64,000 nt of DNA from Rickettsiales bacterium. Lineage in GTDB: Bacteria; Pseudomonadota; Alphaproteobacteria; Rickettsiales; SXRF01. The DNA lies in contig SXRF01000068.1 in assembly GCA_005792635.1 (NCBI GenBank), forward strand, positions 180-64,179, written 5' to 3'. This document shows, one piece after another, positions 1-9,868 of this stretch (its first letter is position 1; every line of letters begins with the position of its first letter). The position numbers and the translations under genes were made by a program. The notes beneath the pieces were generated by a model. That model worked only from the letters and a program-made list of their open reading frames with translations. It was not told the origin of the DNA and did no database searches.

Positions 1-271
1 TGTTCTTGATCAATCGACCGCTGAAATAGTTTCTACTGCGAAGCGCACAGGCGCACAGGTTAATGGGCCGATTCCACTGCCGCTTCGTATTGAACGCTTC
101 ACGGTTAACCGTTCGCCACATATTGATAAAAAATCACGCGAACAATTTGAAATTCGCACTCATAAACGGTTGATTGATATTCTCAATCCAACGCCGCAGA
201 CGGTTGATGCTTTGATGAAGCTTGACCTTGCTTCTGGCGTTGACATTAAGATTAAGGCGGAGGCAGCGTAA
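1..271 (+). CDS. rpsJ: 30S ribosomal protein S10 (5' end cut by window edge)
   Basis: The frame starting at nt 2 is open and reads ...[63 protein letters not shown]. The stop TAA at 269-271 overlaps the rplC ATG, and this is the first gene of the S10 operon order. Confidence 0.9.
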   Translation, partial: VLDQSTAEIVSTAKRTGAQVNGPIPLPLRIERFTVNRSPHIDKKSREQFEIRTHKRLIDILNPTPQTVDALMKLDLASGVDIKIKAEAA

Positions 272-1005
272 TGCGTACAGGACTTATAGCAAAAAAGCTC
301 GGCATGACGAGTGTATATACGGAGGAAGGTGTGGAAACACCTGTGACCGTATTGCAGGTGGAAAATTGCCAAGTGGTAGCGCATAAAACCGTTGCGAAAG
401 ATGGCTACAATGCTTTGCAACTCGGTGTTGGTGCGGCGAAGGTGAAAAATGTTACTAAATCACTTCGTGGTCACTATGCAAAAGCGAAAGTTGAGCCAAA
501 GCGCAAGCTTGCGGAATTCCGTGTTGCTGAAAATGCAGTTGTTGAGGTTGGTGCAGAAATTGTTCCTAGCCATTTTGTCCCAGGGCAATTTGTTGATGTG
601 GTTGGTAACACCATCGGTAAAGGTTTTGCGGGTGTTATGAAACGCCACAATTTTGCTGGTTTGGAAGCGACCCACGGTGTGTCAGTATCGCATCGTTCGC
701 ACGGTTCAACTGGTCAACGCCAAGATCCGGGGCGTGTATTCAAAGGCAAGAAAATGGCTGGTCACATGGGGACTGTGCAAATCACTACTCAAAACCTCCA
801 GATTGTATCTGTTGATGATGATCGTGGACTTATTCTTGTAAAAGGTTCGGTTCAGGGTGCTGAAAATGGTTATATATTGGTGAAGGACGCTTGTAAAAAA
901 GGTGCGCATCCGCTTGCTCCATTCCCAGCTGGCGTTCGTAAAGCTGCGACGGTTGCGCCAGAAATTTCTGAGATTGCCGAAGCTCCTGTAGAACCACAGG
1001 CATAA
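271..1005 (+). CDS. rplC: 50S ribosomal protein L3
   Basis: 244-aa [19 protein letters not shown] and [13 protein letters not shown] are typical uL3 motifs, and the gene follows rpsJ. It has an Ala/Pro-rich C-terminal tail. Confidence 0.97.
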   Translation: MRTGLIAKKLGMTSVYTEEGVETPVTVLQVENCQVVAHKTVAKDGYNALQLGVGAAKVKNVTKSLRGHYAKAKVEPKRKLAEFRVAENAVVEVGAEIVPSHFVPGQFVDVVGNTIGKGFAGVMKRHNFAGLEATHGVSVSHRSHGSTGQRQDPGRVFKGKKMAGHMGTVQITTQNLQIVSVDDDRGLILVKGSVQGAENGYILVKDACKKGAHPLAPFPAGVRKAATVAPEISEIAEAPVEPQA

Positions 1006-1024
1006 GGAAAAAAGGACTAAAAAT

Positions 1025-1645
1025 ATGAAAGTTAAAGTAGTTACATTAGAAAATAAAGCAGCTGGAGAGATTGAGCTTTCTGATGCGGTGTTCGGTGCGC
1101 CAGTGCGTAAGGACATTTTGCATCGCATGGTTCAGTGGCAGCGTGCTAAAGCGCAGTCTGGCACTCATAAAACCAAGACTATTAGCGAAATTAGCGGAAC
1201 TGGTAAAAAGCCTTTCAAACAAAAAGGTTCTGGTAATGCTCGCCAAGGTTCTATGCGTTCGGCTCAGATGCGCGGTGGCTCTACGATTTTTGGACCAGTG
1301 GTTCGCAGCCATGCGATTTCACTGCCGAAAAAAGTTCGCAAACTTGCCCTTCGCGTTGCTCTTTCTTCTAAACAGGCGGATGGTACGCTTATAATCATTG
1401 AAAATGCGGATGTTAAACTGCCAAAAACCAAGGCAATGAGTGAGCTTTTTGCTAAAAATGGTTGGGACGCTCCGCTATTTATTGATGGTGCGGCGGTTAA
1501 TGAAAATTTTGCAAAAGCAGCACGCAACATTAAATTTGTTGATGTATTGCCGCAGCAAGGCGCGAATGTGTATGATATTTTGCGTCATAAGCAATTGATT
1601 TTGACGAAAGATGCTGTAAAGCAACTTGAAGAGAGGCTTAAATGA
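1025..1645 (+). CDS. rplD: 50S ribosomal protein L4
   Basis: 206-aa ORF with the [12 protein letters not shown] motif, in the expected S10-operon position. Confidence 0.96.
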   Translation: MKVKVVTLENKAAGEIELSDAVFGAPVRKDILHRMVQWQRAKAQSGTHKTKTISEISGTGKKPFKQKGSGNARQGSMRSAQMRGGSTIFGPVVRSHAISLPKKVRKLALRVALSSKQADGTLIIIENADVKLPKTKAMSELFAKNGWDAPLFIDGAAVNENFAKAARNIKFVDVLPQQGANVYDILRHKQLILTKDAVKQLEERLK

Positions 1646-1971
1646 AAAAAGCAAAGAAAATAGAAAGCAAGGCATCGGCTCGCGCTTATCACTATGATGT
1701 GATTTTGTCGCCAGTCATTACCGAGAAGTCAACTGCGGTTTCTGAACAGAACAAGGTTATTTTCAATGTGGCTCTTAATTCTACGAAAGCGGATATTAAG
1801 TCAGCGGTTGAAGCTTTGTTCAGCGTGAAAGTGGCGAGCGTTAATACTCTTCGCCGCCTTGGAAAAACCAAGCGTTTCCGCAATGTTCTTGGCAAGCAAA
1901 ATGATACTAAAAAAGCCATTATTACTTTGGCAGAAGGTAGTGCAATTAACCTAGAAGGGGGAGTAAAGTAA
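1642..1971 (+). CDS. rplW: 50S ribosomal protein L23
   Basis: 109-aa ORF whose start overlaps the rplD stop (ATGA). It sits in the operon position between L4 and L2. Confidence 0.93.
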   Translation: MKKAKKIESKASARAYHYDVILSPVITEKSTAVSEQNKVIFNVALNSTKADIKSAVEALFSVKVASVNTLRRLGKTKRFRNVLGKQNDTKKAIITLAEGSAINLEGGVK

Positions 1972-1972
1972 C

Positions 1973-2800
1973 ATGGCTCTCAAAAGTTTCAAACCTACAA
2001 CCCCAGCGCAACGCCAGCTAGTTTTGGTTGATCGTAGCGAGCTTTACAAAGGTAAGCCAGTTAAAAAGCTTACTGAAGGCAAAAGCAAATCTGGTGGACG
2101 CAATAACTATGGTCGCCTTACAGCATTCCGCGTGGGTGGTGGTCATAAGCAGTCTTATCGTATCATTGATTTCAAACGCCGTAAGTTTGATGTTGCGGCT
2201 ACTGTTGAACGCTTGGAGTATGATCCAAACCGCACTTCGTTTATCGCTCTTATTAAATATAGCGATGGCGAGCAGGCTTATATCATTGCGCCGCAACGCT
2301 TGGCAGTTGGCGACACGGTTATATCTTCTGAAAAAGCAGATATTAAACCGGGTAACACCATGCCGCTTAAAAATATTCCAGTGGGAACAATTGTTCACAA
2401 TGTGGAGCTAAAAGAAGGTAAGGGCGGTCAGCTTGCTCGCGCTGCTGGGGCTTATGTTCAGTTGGTTGGTAAAGATGGTGGTTACGCACAAGTAAAACTT
2501 CGTTCTGGCGAATTACGCCTTATCCGTTCAGATTGTCTGGCTACCATTGGTGCGGTTTCCAATCCGGACCATCAGAATGCAACCATTGGTAAAGCTGGTC
2601 GCAGCCGTTGGCTTGGTGTTCGCCCATCAGTTCGCGGTGTGGCGATGAACCCAGTTGACCATCCACATGGTGGTGGTGGAGGGCGCACTTCTGGTGGTCG
2701 TCATCCTGTAACACCTTGGGGTAAAGGCACAAAAGGTACAAAAACTCGTTCGAAGAAGAAGGTTAACAAGCTTATTCTTCGTAGCAGACATCAGAAATAG
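1973..2800 (+). CDS. rplB: 50S ribosomal protein L2
   Basis: 275-aa ORF with the GGGHKQSYR and [17 protein letters not shown] motifs. Confidence 0.97.
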   Translation: MALKSFKPTTPAQRQLVLVDRSELYKGKPVKKLTEGKSKSGGRNNYGRLTAFRVGGGHKQSYRIIDFKRRKFDVAATVERLEYDPNRTSFIALIKYSDGEQAYIIAPQRLAVGDTVISSEKADIKPGNTMPLKNIPVGTIVHNVELKEGKGGQLARAAGAYVQLVGKDGGYAQVKLRSGELRLIRSDCLATIGAVSNPDHQNATIGKAGRSRWLGVRPSVRGVAMNPVDHPHGGGGGRTSGGRHPVTPWGKGTKGTKTRSKKKVNKLILRSRHQK

Positions 2801-2945
2801 TGCTAGTGGCTAGTGATTAGTGGCTAGTGATTAGTTGGGTAAAACTTTAAATTATAAGGAGGAGTGGAAAAACGGTTTGGTGAATTTGCTGGTGGTGATG
2901 AATGTTTCTTCACTGACCACTGACCACTGACCACTGACCACTAAA
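2801..2945. repeat. Heptad-periodic inverted-repeat element in the rplB-rpsS spacer
   Basis: The left arm at 2803-2837 reads CTAGTGG CTAGTGA TTAGTGG CTAGTGA TTAGTTG. The right arm at 2911-2945 reads CACTGAC x4 then CACTAAA. The arms are partly complementary through an AGTG/CACT core, and the element begins directly at the rplB stop. Confidence 0.85.
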
Positions 2946-2949
2946 ATCT

Positions 2950-3228
2950 ATGGCTAGATCAGTTTGGAAAGGCCCGTTTGTTGATGGCTATCTGCTTAAA
3001 AAAGCAGAAGTTGCAAAGGCTGCGGCACGAAATCAGGTTATTAAGACTTGGTCGCGTCGTTCAACTATACTTCCGCAATTTGTGGGCTTGACATTTGGCG
3101 TTTATAACGGCAAGAAGTTCATCCCTGTTTCTGTGAATGAAGATATGATCGGGCATAAATTCGGTGAATTTGCGCCAACTCGCACTTTCCACGGTCATAG
3201 TGCAGACAAAAAAGCTGTTAAAAAATAA
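2950..3228 (+). CDS. rpsS: 30S ribosomal protein S19
   Basis: 92-aa ORF with [12 protein letters not shown]...[13 protein letters not shown]. Confidence 0.97.
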   Translation: MARSVWKGPFVDGYLLKKAEVAKAAARNQVIKTWSRRSTILPQFVGLTFGVYNGKKFIPVSVNEDMIGHKFGEFAPTRTFHGHSADKKAVKK

Positions 3229-3237
3229 GGACATAGT

Positions 3238-3618
3238 ATGAGTAAGAAATCAGCAGAACGGGCATTAGCCCCAACGGAAGCAAAGGCGGTTATCAAGCGT
3301 TTGCGCGTTAGTCCGCAAAAACTTAATTTGGTGGCGGGTTTAATTCGCGGCATGTCTGTTGGCGCGGCACTAAATCAGCTTTCATTTTCCAGCAAGCGCA
3401 TTGCAGTTGATGTTAAAAAAGCGTTGCAATCAGCGGTTGCTAATGCTGAAAACAACCATAACCTGAATGTAGATTCTCTTTATGTTAAAGAGGCTTTTGT
3501 TGGTAAGAATTTAGTTATGAAACGCATGCATACCCGTGGTCGTGGTAAGTCGGCTCGTGTATTTAGACCATTCGCAAATTTGACGCTGATTGTGCGTGAG
3601 AAAGAGGAGAAAGCATAA
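3238..3618 (+). CDS. rplV: 50S ribosomal protein L22
   Basis: 126-aa ORF with [16 protein letters not shown], in the expected operon order. Confidence 0.95.
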   Translation: MSKKSAERALAPTEAKAVIKRLRVSPQKLNLVAGLIRGMSVGAALNQLSFSSKRIAVDVKKALQSAVANAENNHNLNVDSLYVKEAFVGKNLVMKRMHTRGRGKSARVFRPFANLTLIVREKEEKA

Positions 3619-3619
3619 T

Positions 3620-4309
3620 ATGGGTCAGAAGGTAAACGCAATTGGTTTTCGTGTTGGCATCAACAAAACTTGGGATTCGCGTTGGTTCGCGGGTGCTGAC
3701 TATGCTACGAAATTACATGAAGATTTCAAAATTCAGGCATATTTGAAAAAGAGCCTTGATGCTGCTGGTGTGAGCAAAGTAGTGATTGAACGCCCAACTA
3801 AAAAGGCGCATATCACCATTCACACTGCTCGCCCTGGTGTGGTTATTGGTAAAAAAGGTGCTGATATTGATAAAATCAAGAAGGATCTTGCTAAATTCAC
3901 GAAAGATGAAATTCATCTGAATATCGTGCCTGTGGCAAAGCCTGAGCTTGACGCGACTCTTATCGCTGAATCAATCGCTCAGCAGCTGGAAAAGCGTGTT
4001 GCTTTCCGCCGTGCGATGAAGCGGTCGGTGCAATCTTGCCTGCGTCTTGGTGCGCAAGGGATTCGTATAAATGTGTCTGGTCGTCTTGGTGGCGCAGAAA
4101 TTGCGCGTATGGAATGGTATCGTGAAGGTCGTGTGCCTTTGCATACTCTGCGTTCAGACATTGACTATGGTGTTGCGCGTTCCGAAACTGCTTATGGCAC
4201 AATCGGCGTGAAAGTATGGGTTTATAAGGGAGAAATCCTTGGTAAAGAAAAAAAGATTGAAGCGGCGGCTGATGCTGTGCCTGTGGAAATCTTGTCAACT
4301 GAAAACTAG
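3620..4309 (+). CDS. rpsC: 30S ribosomal protein S3
   Basis: The ORF track starts at 3590 inside rplV. The canonical start [13 protein letters not shown] is the ATG at 3620, preceded by GAGGAGA. A KH motif GKKGADI is present. Confidence 0.95.
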   Translation: MGQKVNAIGFRVGINKTWDSRWFAGADYATKLHEDFKIQAYLKKSLDAAGVSKVVIERPTKKAHITIHTARPGVVIGKKGADIDKIKKDLAKFTKDEIHLNIVPVAKPELDATLIAESIAQQLEKRVAFRRAMKRSVQSCLRLGAQGIRINVSGRLGGAEIARMEWYREGRVPLHTLRSDIDYGVARSETAYGTIGVKVWVYKGEILGKEKKIEAAADAVPVEILSTEN

Positions 4310-4326
4310 GAAATTGGTAACCGACT

Positions 4327-4746
4327 ATGATGAGTCCTAAGAAAACTAAATATCGTAAAGCTCATAAGGGGCGCATTAAAGGCGCGTCTAAAGGTGGTTT
4401 TACTCTTAACTTCGGTGAGTATGGTCTGAAAGCTATGCAGCCAGAGCGTATTACAGCGCGTCAGATTGAAGCGGCTCGCCGTGCCATCTCTCGTCATGTA
4501 AAGCGCGTTGGTCGTATGTGGATTCGTATTTTTCCAGATCTTCCTGTAACTCGCAAACCAGCGGAAGTTCGCATGGGTAGCGGTAAAGGTTCTGTAGAAT
4601 TCTGGGCTGCTCGCGTTGCACCGGGGCGCATTCTTTTTGAAGTAGATGGTGTTCCAGAAGCTGTTGCACGGCAGGCTTTTGACATGGCTTCAGCGAAGTT
4701 GCCAATTAAAACCAAATTTGTTGCTCGTGTGAATGAAGGGGAATAA
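4327..4746 (+). CDS. rplP: 50S ribosomal protein L16
   Basis: 139-aa ORF with [14 protein letters not shown]...GKGSVEFW. Confidence 0.96.
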   Translation: MMSPKKTKYRKAHKGRIKGASKGGFTLNFGEYGLKAMQPERITARQIEAARRAISRHVKRVGRMWIRIFPDLPVTRKPAEVRMGSGKGSVEFWAARVAPGRILFEVDGVPEAVARQAFDMASAKLPIKTKFVARVNEGE

Positions 4747-4748
4747 TC

Positions 4749-5006
4749 ATGAAAACTTCTGAATTACGCACAAAATCTGCGGAAGAGTTAAACTCTATCA
4801 TATTGGAATCAAAGAAGGAACAGTTCAATCTGCGTATGCAGACGGCAACTGGCTCTTTGGAAAATAAGCAAGGTTTTAGGGAGGCTCGCCGCACTATCGC
4901 TCGTGCAAAAACCCTCTTGAACGAAGAAAAGAATGGTGCTAATAATGCCGCCCCTAAAAAGGCAGTAGCGAAAAAAACGAAGCCAAAGAAAACGGAGAAG
5001 GAATAA
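4749..5006 (+). CDS. rpmC: 50S ribosomal protein L29 with Lys/Ala-rich C-terminal tail
   Basis: 85-aa ORF. The uL29 core (ELRTKSAEELN...FNLRMQ) is followed by NNAAPKKAVAKKTKPKKTEKE. Confidence 0.92.
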   Translation: MKTSELRTKSAEELNSIILESKKEQFNLRMQTATGSLENKQGFREARRTIARAKTLLNEEKNGANNAAPKKAVAKKTKPKKTEKE

Positions 5007-5009
5007 GCC

Positions 5010-5243
5010 ATGCCAAGGCGCGTACTACAAGGAACAGTCGTTAGCGACGCAAACGAAAAAACCGTAACTGTACGGGTTGATCGTAAAGTTGCGCATCCTA
5101 TTTATAAAAAAACCATTCGTCGTTCTAAAAAATATGCGGCGCATGATGAAAAAAACCAGTTTAAGGTTGGCGATAAGGTGCAAATCATTGAATCTGCTCC
5201 GATTTCCAAGACCAAGCGCTGGCAAGTTGTTTACCAAGGATAG
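5010..5243 (+). CDS. rpsQ: 30S ribosomal protein S17
   Basis: 77-aa ORF with [20 protein letters not shown]...KKYAAHDE. Confidence 0.95.
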   Translation: MPRRVLQGTVVSDANEKTVTVRVDRKVAHPIYKKTIRRSKKYAAHDEKNQFKVGDKVQIIESAPISKTKRWQVVYQG

Positions 5244-5261
5244 AAGTTAGGAAATTAGAAT

Positions 5262-5630
5262 ATGATACAACAACAATCTAACCTTGAAGTTGCTGATAAT
5301 TCTGGTGCTCGTCGTGTGATGTGCATTAAGGTTCTTGGCGGTGCAGGGCGTAAATTTGCAGGCGTGGGTGATGTTATCGTGGTTTCTATCAAAGAAGCTA
5401 TACCGCGTGGAAAAGTGAAAAAAGGTGAGGTGCATCGCGCTGTTATCGTGCGTACTCGTCGCGATATTCACCGCCCAGATGGCAGCACTATTCGTTTTGA
5501 TAAAAATGCTGCGGTATTGCTTACCAAGCAAAATGAACCAATTGGTACGCGTATATTTGGGCCAGTTACTCGTGAGCTGCGTGCGAAGCAGTTTATGAAA
5601 ATTGTTTCTCTCGCGCCAGAAGTATTGTAA
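5262..5630 (+). CDS. rplN: 50S ribosomal protein L14
   Basis: 122-aa ORF starting [17 protein letters not shown]. Confidence 0.97.
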   Translation: MIQQQSNLEVADNSGARRVMCIKVLGGAGRKFAGVGDVIVVSIKEAIPRGKVKKGEVHRAVIVRTRRDIHRPDGSTIRFDKNAAVLLTKQNEPIGTRIFGPVTRELRAKQFMKIVSLAPEVL

Positions 5631-5642
5631 GGAATAGTTATA

Positions 5643-5957
5643 ATGGCACAAAAATTCAAAGTTAAAAAGGGTGACGAAGTTGTTGTCATCGCTGGTAAAG
5701 AAAAAGGCAAGAAGGGCGTTATCACCAAAGTGATAACCGATGAGGCGCGTGTTGTAGTCGGTGGCGTAAATATGGTTAAGCGTCATACCAAGGCGAGCCG
5801 TACTTCGGCTGGTGGCATCATTGAAAAAGAAGCTGCGCTTCATGTTTCTAATGTATCGCTGATTGACGCTAAATCTGGCAAGCCAACTCGTGTGGGCTAT
5901 AAATTTGAAGGAGAGCGCAAGATACGAGTTTCTAAGCGTTCGGGAGAGGCAGTATAA
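5643..5957 (+). CDS. rplX: 50S ribosomal protein L24
   Basis: 104-aa ORF with the KOW motif [19 protein letters not shown]. Confidence 0.95.
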   Translation: MAQKFKVKKGDEVVVIAGKEKGKKGVITKVITDEARVVVGGVNMVKRHTKASRTSAGGIIEKEAALHVSNVSLIDAKSGKPTRVGYKFEGERKIRVSKRSGEAV

Positions 5958-6580
5958 TGGCTACTAAAGAAACAAAAGCTAAAAAAGCACCAAAAGCGGA
6001 AGCTGTGGCGACTGGCGATACCAAGCGTGATGCTGGCTATACCCCGCGTTTGCAGGCTTTGTATGAAAAGAGCGTTCGTGCTGATTTGCAAAAAAAATTC
6101 AACTATAAGAATGGAATGCAGATTCCTAAGTTGGATAAAATTGTAATAAATATGGGGGTTGGTGAAACTGTTGCTGATAGCAAAACCATCCAAGCTGCCG
6201 TGAACGAGCTTGGCTTGATTTCTGGTCAAAAAGCAATGATTACTAAATCCAAAAAAGCTATCGCTGGTTTCAAATTGCGTGAAGGAATGCCGATTGGTTG
6301 CAAAGTTACTCTGCGTAAGCAGCGTATGTATGAGTTTTTGGATCGTTTAATCAATACTGCTTTGCCGCGCGTACGCGATTTCCGTGGTGTTCCGCATAAA
6401 AGTTTTGATGGTCGCGGAAATTATGCGCTTGGTTTGAAAGAGCAAATTGTATTTCCAGAAATCAACTATGATAAAATTGACCAAATCCGCGGTATGGATA
6501 TTATCATTTGCAGTACCGCAAAAACTGATGAAGAAGCGAAAGCTTTGCTTTCTGCTCTCAACATGCCTTTTGTTAAATAA
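5957..6580 (+). CDS. rplE: 50S ribosomal protein L5 with Lys/Ala-rich N-terminal extension
   Basis: 207-aa ORF whose start overlaps the rplX stop (TAATG). The uL5 core begins at [11 protein letters not shown], after about 25 extra residues. Confidence 0.94.
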   Translation: MATKETKAKKAPKAEAVATGDTKRDAGYTPRLQALYEKSVRADLQKKFNYKNGMQIPKLDKIVINMGVGETVADSKTIQAAVNELGLISGQKAMITKSKKAIAGFKLREGMPIGCKVTLRKQRMYEFLDRLINTALPRVRDFRGVPHKSFDGRGNYALGLKEQIVFPEINYDKIDQIRGMDIIICSTAKTDEEAKALLSALNMPFVK

Positions 6581-6590
6581 GGATTGAAAG

Positions 6591-6896
6591 ATGGCTAAAC
6601 TAAGTTCAATAAATAAAAATAACACCCGCGCTAAACTAGCAAAGCAAGCTGCCCCTAAACGCGCAGCACTTAAAGCTATCATCATGAACCGCGAGCTTCC
6701 GTTTGAAGAACGCTTGCAGGCGCAGATTAAGCTATCGGAAATGCCGCGCAATGGAGCGCAGATTCGTGTGCGGAATCGCTGCGAACTTACTGGTCGTACC
6801 CGCGGTGTGTATCGTAAATTCAAATTATCGCGTATTAAACTGCGCGAGCTTGGTTCGTTCGGGAAAATTCCGGGTCTTACCAAAGCTAGCTGGTAG
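6591..6896 (+). CDS. rpsN: 30S ribosomal protein S14 (long, zinc-free type)
   Basis: 101-aa ORF with [26 protein letters not shown] and no CxxC pairs. Confidence 0.95.
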   Translation: MAKLSSINKNNTRAKLAKQAAPKRAALKAIIMNRELPFEERLQAQIKLSEMPRNGAQIRVRNRCELTGRTRGVYRKFKLSRIKLRELGSFGKIPGLTKASW

Positions 6897-6907
6897 AGGA
6901 AAAAATT

Positions 6908-7303
6908 ATGTCAATGAATTATCGTCTTGCTGATATGTTATCGCTTATTCGCAATGGTCAGGCGGCTCGTCTTGCTACTGTTCGTTGCCAAGCGACCAAC
7001 TTGCTTGGTAATGTTTTGGAAGTTTTGAAAGAAGAAGGCTTTATTGAGGACTATAAAAAAGTCGTTGATGGTAGCCGTGCTGATTTTGAAATCACGCTGA
7101 AATATCATGAAGGTGAACGGGTTATCAAGGAAATCAACTGCATTTCTAAACCTGGTCGCCGTGTTTATGCGCAGATTTCTAATTTGCCAAAATTTTTCAA
7201 TGGGCTTGGCATTGCAATTCTTTCAACATCTCGTGGCGTTATGTCTGATTTCAAGGCGCGTCAGGTTGGTGTTGGTGGCGAAGTTCTTTGTTCAGTATTC
7301 TAG
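6908..7303 (+). CDS. rpsH: 30S ribosomal protein S8
   Basis: 131-aa ORF with DMLSLIRNGQAA...GGEVLCSVF. Confidence 0.96.
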   Translation: MSMNYRLADMLSLIRNGQAARLATVRCQATNLLGNVLEVLKEEGFIEDYKKVVDGSRADFEITLKYHEGERVIKEINCISKPGRRVYAQISNLPKFFNGLGIAILSTSRGVMSDFKARQVGVGGEVLCSVF

Positions 7304-7334
7304 TTTTTAGTATTTGTTCTTAAGGAAAAATAAA

Positions 7335-7871
7335 ATGTCTCGTGTAGGTAAAAAGCCAGTTGCAATACCATCAGGCGTTACTGTTTCAGTAAAGTCCGGT
7401 GAAATTGCTGTAAAAGGTGGCAAGGGTGAGCTGAAGGCTAAACTAGCACCAGAAGTTACGGTTGCAGTTGAGGGTAGCAATGTTATTGTGCTTCCTATTA
7501 ACAAGGAAGATGCTCGCTCGCGTGCAATGTGGGGAACGACTCGCAACCAAGTGAACAATATGGTTGAAGGTGTGTCAAAGGGCTTTACTGTTCGTCTTGA
7601 AATTCAAGGCGTTGGTTTCCGTGCCGCTGCTGATAAGCAATATTTGACATTGGCTCTTGGGTTTAGCCATGAAATTAAATTTGCTATTCCAGAAGGAATC
7701 AGTATTGTCTGTGAAAAGCCAACCTCTGTTGCGATTTCTGGCTTTGATAAAAAATTGGTTGGTCAAGTTGCCGCTGAAATTCGCGGACTGCGTAAGCCTG
7801 AACCTTATAAAGGTAAGGGGGTTCGCTATGAAGGCGAATTTGTTCGCAAAAAAGAAGGGAAGAAAAAATAA
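7335..7871 (+). CDS. rplF: 50S ribosomal protein L6
   Basis: The canonical start MSRVGKKPV is the ATG at 7335, preceded by AAGGA. The ORF-track start at 7314 is an upstream extension. Confidence 0.95.
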   Translation: MSRVGKKPVAIPSGVTVSVKSGEIAVKGGKGELKAKLAPEVTVAVEGSNVIVLPINKEDARSRAMWGTTRNQVNNMVEGVSKGFTVRLEIQGVGFRAAADKQYLTLALGFSHEIKFAIPEGISIVCEKPTSVAISGFDKKLVGQVAAEIRGLRKPEPYKGKGVRYEGEFVRKKEGKKK

Positions 7872-7876
7872 GGGTA

Positions 7877-7935
7877 AATCTTAGCAGCTTTGCTGCTTAG
7901 ATTCCCCTTGTCCCGCACTTGTTGCGGGAACTGGA
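7877..7935 (+). repeat. Intergenic repeat, copy 1 (weak hairpin, then CCCGCA-loop-TGCGGG hairpin, then CTGG)
   Basis: TTAGCAGCTTTGCTGCTTAGATTCCCCTTGTCCCGCACTTGTTGCGGGAACTGG. By hand alignment it differs from the copy at 12356-12412 at roughly 7 positions. Confidence 0.85.
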
Positions 7936-7967
7936 TAAATTGATGGATTGAATGTAAGGAAGAAACT

Positions 7968-8339
7968 ATGAGTCAGGCCGTAAAATCTAAAGCGTTGTTT
8001 GAACGCCGTAAGGAGAGAGTTCGTTTTGCGCTTCGCAAGCAAACTAATAACCGTGTGCGCCTTAGCGTGTTTCGCTCTGGGAAACATATCTATGCACAAT
8101 TGATTGATGACACCAAAGGGGAAACTCTTGCTGCTGCTTCTACTCTTGATGCGGAAGTAAAAGGCAAGGTTAAATCTTCGGCGAGCATAGAGGCAGCAAA
8201 AGCTATTGGTGCGCTAATTGCTACTCGTGCTAGCAAAGTTAATGTAAAAGAAGTAGTGTTTGATCGCGGTGGATATTTGTTCCATGGTCGTGTAAAAGCA
8301 CTTGCTGATGCTGCTCGTGCTGCTGGTCTAGCGTTCTAA
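7968..8339 (+). CDS. rplR: 50S ribosomal protein L18
   Basis: 123-aa ORF with [18 protein letters not shown]...[21 protein letters not shown]. Confidence 0.96.
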   Translation: MSQAVKSKALFERRKERVRFALRKQTNNRVRLSVFRSGKHIYAQLIDDTKGETLAAASTLDAEVKGKVKSSASIEAAKAIGALIATRASKVNVKEVVFDRGGYLFHGRVKALADAARAAGLAF

Positions 8340-8390
8340 TAGTGTAGCATTTTAGCAATAAATAACAAAAATTAGTTGAGGAATAAAAAG

Positions 8391-8957
8391 ATGGCTCGTC
8401 CAGAACGCAATGAAAAGAAAACCACTCAAGAAGGCAGCGATTTGATTGACAAGTTGGTGTCCATTAACCGTGTTGCCAAAGTGGTAAAGGGTGGTCGCCG
8501 TTTTGGTTTTGCTGCACTGGTTGTGGTGGGCGATGGCAAAGGTCGTGTTGGTTATGGTGCTGGTAAAGCGAAAGAGGTTTCTGACGCAATGCGTAAGGCT
8601 CTAGATTCGGCAAAAAAATCAATGATTCGCTTCCCGCTTCGTGAAGGTCGGACTGTGCATCATGATTTATATGGTCACTTTGGCGCGGGTAAAGTTATCA
8701 TCCGCACTGCGCCTGTTGGTACTGGTATCATCGCTGGTGGGCCGATGCGTGCAGTATTTGAAGCTCTTGGTGTGCAAGATGTGGTGGCTAAATCGGTTGG
8801 GACTTCTAACCCACACAACATGCTTAAAGCAACTTTTGATGCACTTGAAGGCATGAAATCTCCACGAGCTATTGCTGCGAAACGCGGTAAAGTTGTTGGT
8901 GAGATTGTGGATCGTCGTGAGGGAAAAACTTCATCAGCAAAAACTGCTGAAGCTTAA
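8391..8957 (+). CDS. rpsE: 30S ribosomal protein S5
   Basis: ATG at 8391 after GAGGAATAAAAAG. Contains [16 protein letters not shown]. The ORF-track start at 8376 is a TTG extension. Confidence 0.94.
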   Translation: MARPERNEKKTTQEGSDLIDKLVSINRVAKVVKGGRRFGFAALVVVGDGKGRVGYGAGKAKEVSDAMRKALDSAKKSMIRFPLREGRTVHHDLYGHFGAGKVIIRTAPVGTGIIAGGPMRAVFEALGVQDVVAKSVGTSNPHNMLKATFDALEGMKSPRAIAAKRGKVVGEIVDRREGKTSSAKTAEA

Positions 8958-8975
8958 AATTTAAGGAATTGTAAT

Positions 8976-9296
8976 ATGGTAACCGATGCAGTAAAAAAAT
9001 CTCCAAAGGCGGCGGCAGCAGCAAAATCAGCTAGCGCACCAGAAGCGAAAAAAACAGAAACTAAGGCGGCTGCAAAGCCAGCTGTAAAAAAAGCTGCGGC
9101 TTCTACGGCGGCGGCTTCTGGCAAAGTTAAAGTTACACAGATGATAGGTTCTATCGGTCGTCGTTCGGATCAGCAGGCAACTCTAGTTGGTCTTGGTTTG
9201 AATAAACGCCATAAATCTCGCGTTTTGGAGGATACTCCTTCTGTTCGCGGCATGATTTATAAGGTGCGCCATTTGGTAAAAGTTGAAAACGCGTAA
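8976..9296 (+). CDS. rpmD: 50S ribosomal protein L30 with about 45-aa Ala/Lys/Pro-rich N-terminal extension
   Basis: 106-aa ORF. The uL30 core [26 protein letters not shown]...[15 protein letters not shown] is preceded by [47 protein letters not shown]. There is no in-frame start codon next to the core. Confidence 0.9.
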   Translation: MVTDAVKKSPKAAAAAKSASAPEAKKTETKAAAKPAVKKAAASTAAASGKVKVTQMIGSIGRRSDQQATLVGLGLNKRHKSRVLEDTPSVRGMIYKVRHLVKVENA

Positions 9297-9320
9297 TTAC
9301 GAATATAAAAGAGAAAAGCT

Positions 9321-9794
9321 ATGCAATTAAATGAATTACAAGACAACCAAGGCGCAAGACATCGCAAAATGCGTGTTGGTCGTGGTATTGGCTCTGGCAA
9401 AGGTAAAACCTGTGGTCGTGGTGGTAAAGGTCAGACTGCCCGTACAGGTGTTCGCATCAATGGTTTTGAAGGTGGTCAAACCCCAATTCACCGCCGTTTG
9501 CCAAAGCGCGGCTTTAACAACTACACTCGTCATGAGTATGAAACAGTAAATCTTGGTGCAATTCAAAAAGCTGTTGATGCTGGTTCTTTGGATGCAAAGA
9601 AAACTGTGAATTTAGAAGTTTTGCAGGATGCTGGTTTGGTTCGTAAAGCCGCAACTGAAGTGAAATTGCTGGCGAAGGGTGCAATTGCTTCTAAAATCAA
9701 TTTGGAAGTTAATTTTGCTTCGGCTTCGGCTATTGCTGCGGTTGAGAAATCTGGCGGTAAGGTTACCGTAAGCGTTAGTGAAACAGCCGCTTAA
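9321..9794 (+). CDS. rplO: 50S ribosomal protein L15
   Basis: 157-aa ORF with [19 protein letters not shown]. Confidence 0.96.
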   Translation: MQLNELQDNQGARHRKMRVGRGIGSGKGKTCGRGGKGQTARTGVRINGFEGGQTPIHRRLPKRGFNNYTRHEYETVNLGAIQKAVDAGSLDAKKTVNLEVLQDAGLVRKAATEVKLLAKGAIASKINLEVNFASASAIAAVEKSGGKVTVSVSETAA

Positions 9795-9807
9795 GTCTTT
9801 CCGAAAT

Positions 9808-9832
9808 CCCCGCCCAAGAGGCGGGGTTCTGG
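9808..9832 (+). repeat. GC hairpin (CCCCGCC-loop-GGCGGGG) followed by TTCTGG, between rplO and secY
   Basis: A 7-bp perfect stem at 9808-9826, then TTCTGG. This is the same hairpin-plus-CTGG layout seen at 7911-7935, 12388-12412 and 26056-26132. Confidence 0.7.
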
Positions 9833-9868
9833 TATTTGTCGTATTTATATAATGGAACTTGCAAAAAA

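Noticed and set aside
2865-2924. A 19-codon GTG ORF behind the AAGGAGG in the rplB-rpsS spacer.
   Set aside because: The GTG is only 1 nt from the SD-like sequence, the peptide ends inside the heptad array, and there is no supporting evidence.
2911-2945. The tandem heptamer blocks considered as CRISPR arrays.
   Set aside because: The period is 7 nt with no spacers, the blocks are only about 30 nt long, and they pair with inverted partner blocks. This is incompatible with CRISPR repeat-spacer architecture.
5247-5843. Long antisense ORFs in the track that overlap well-supported genes, for example 5247-5843(-), 6347-6883(-), 10276-10803(-), 25576-26094(+), 35486-36238(-) and 53486-54097(-).
   Set aside because: These are shadow ORFs opposite highly conserved genes (rplN/rplX, rplE/rpsN, secY, the lipoprotein, mcp, FNR). 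Their translations are low-complexity with no motifs, so they are not reported as genes.
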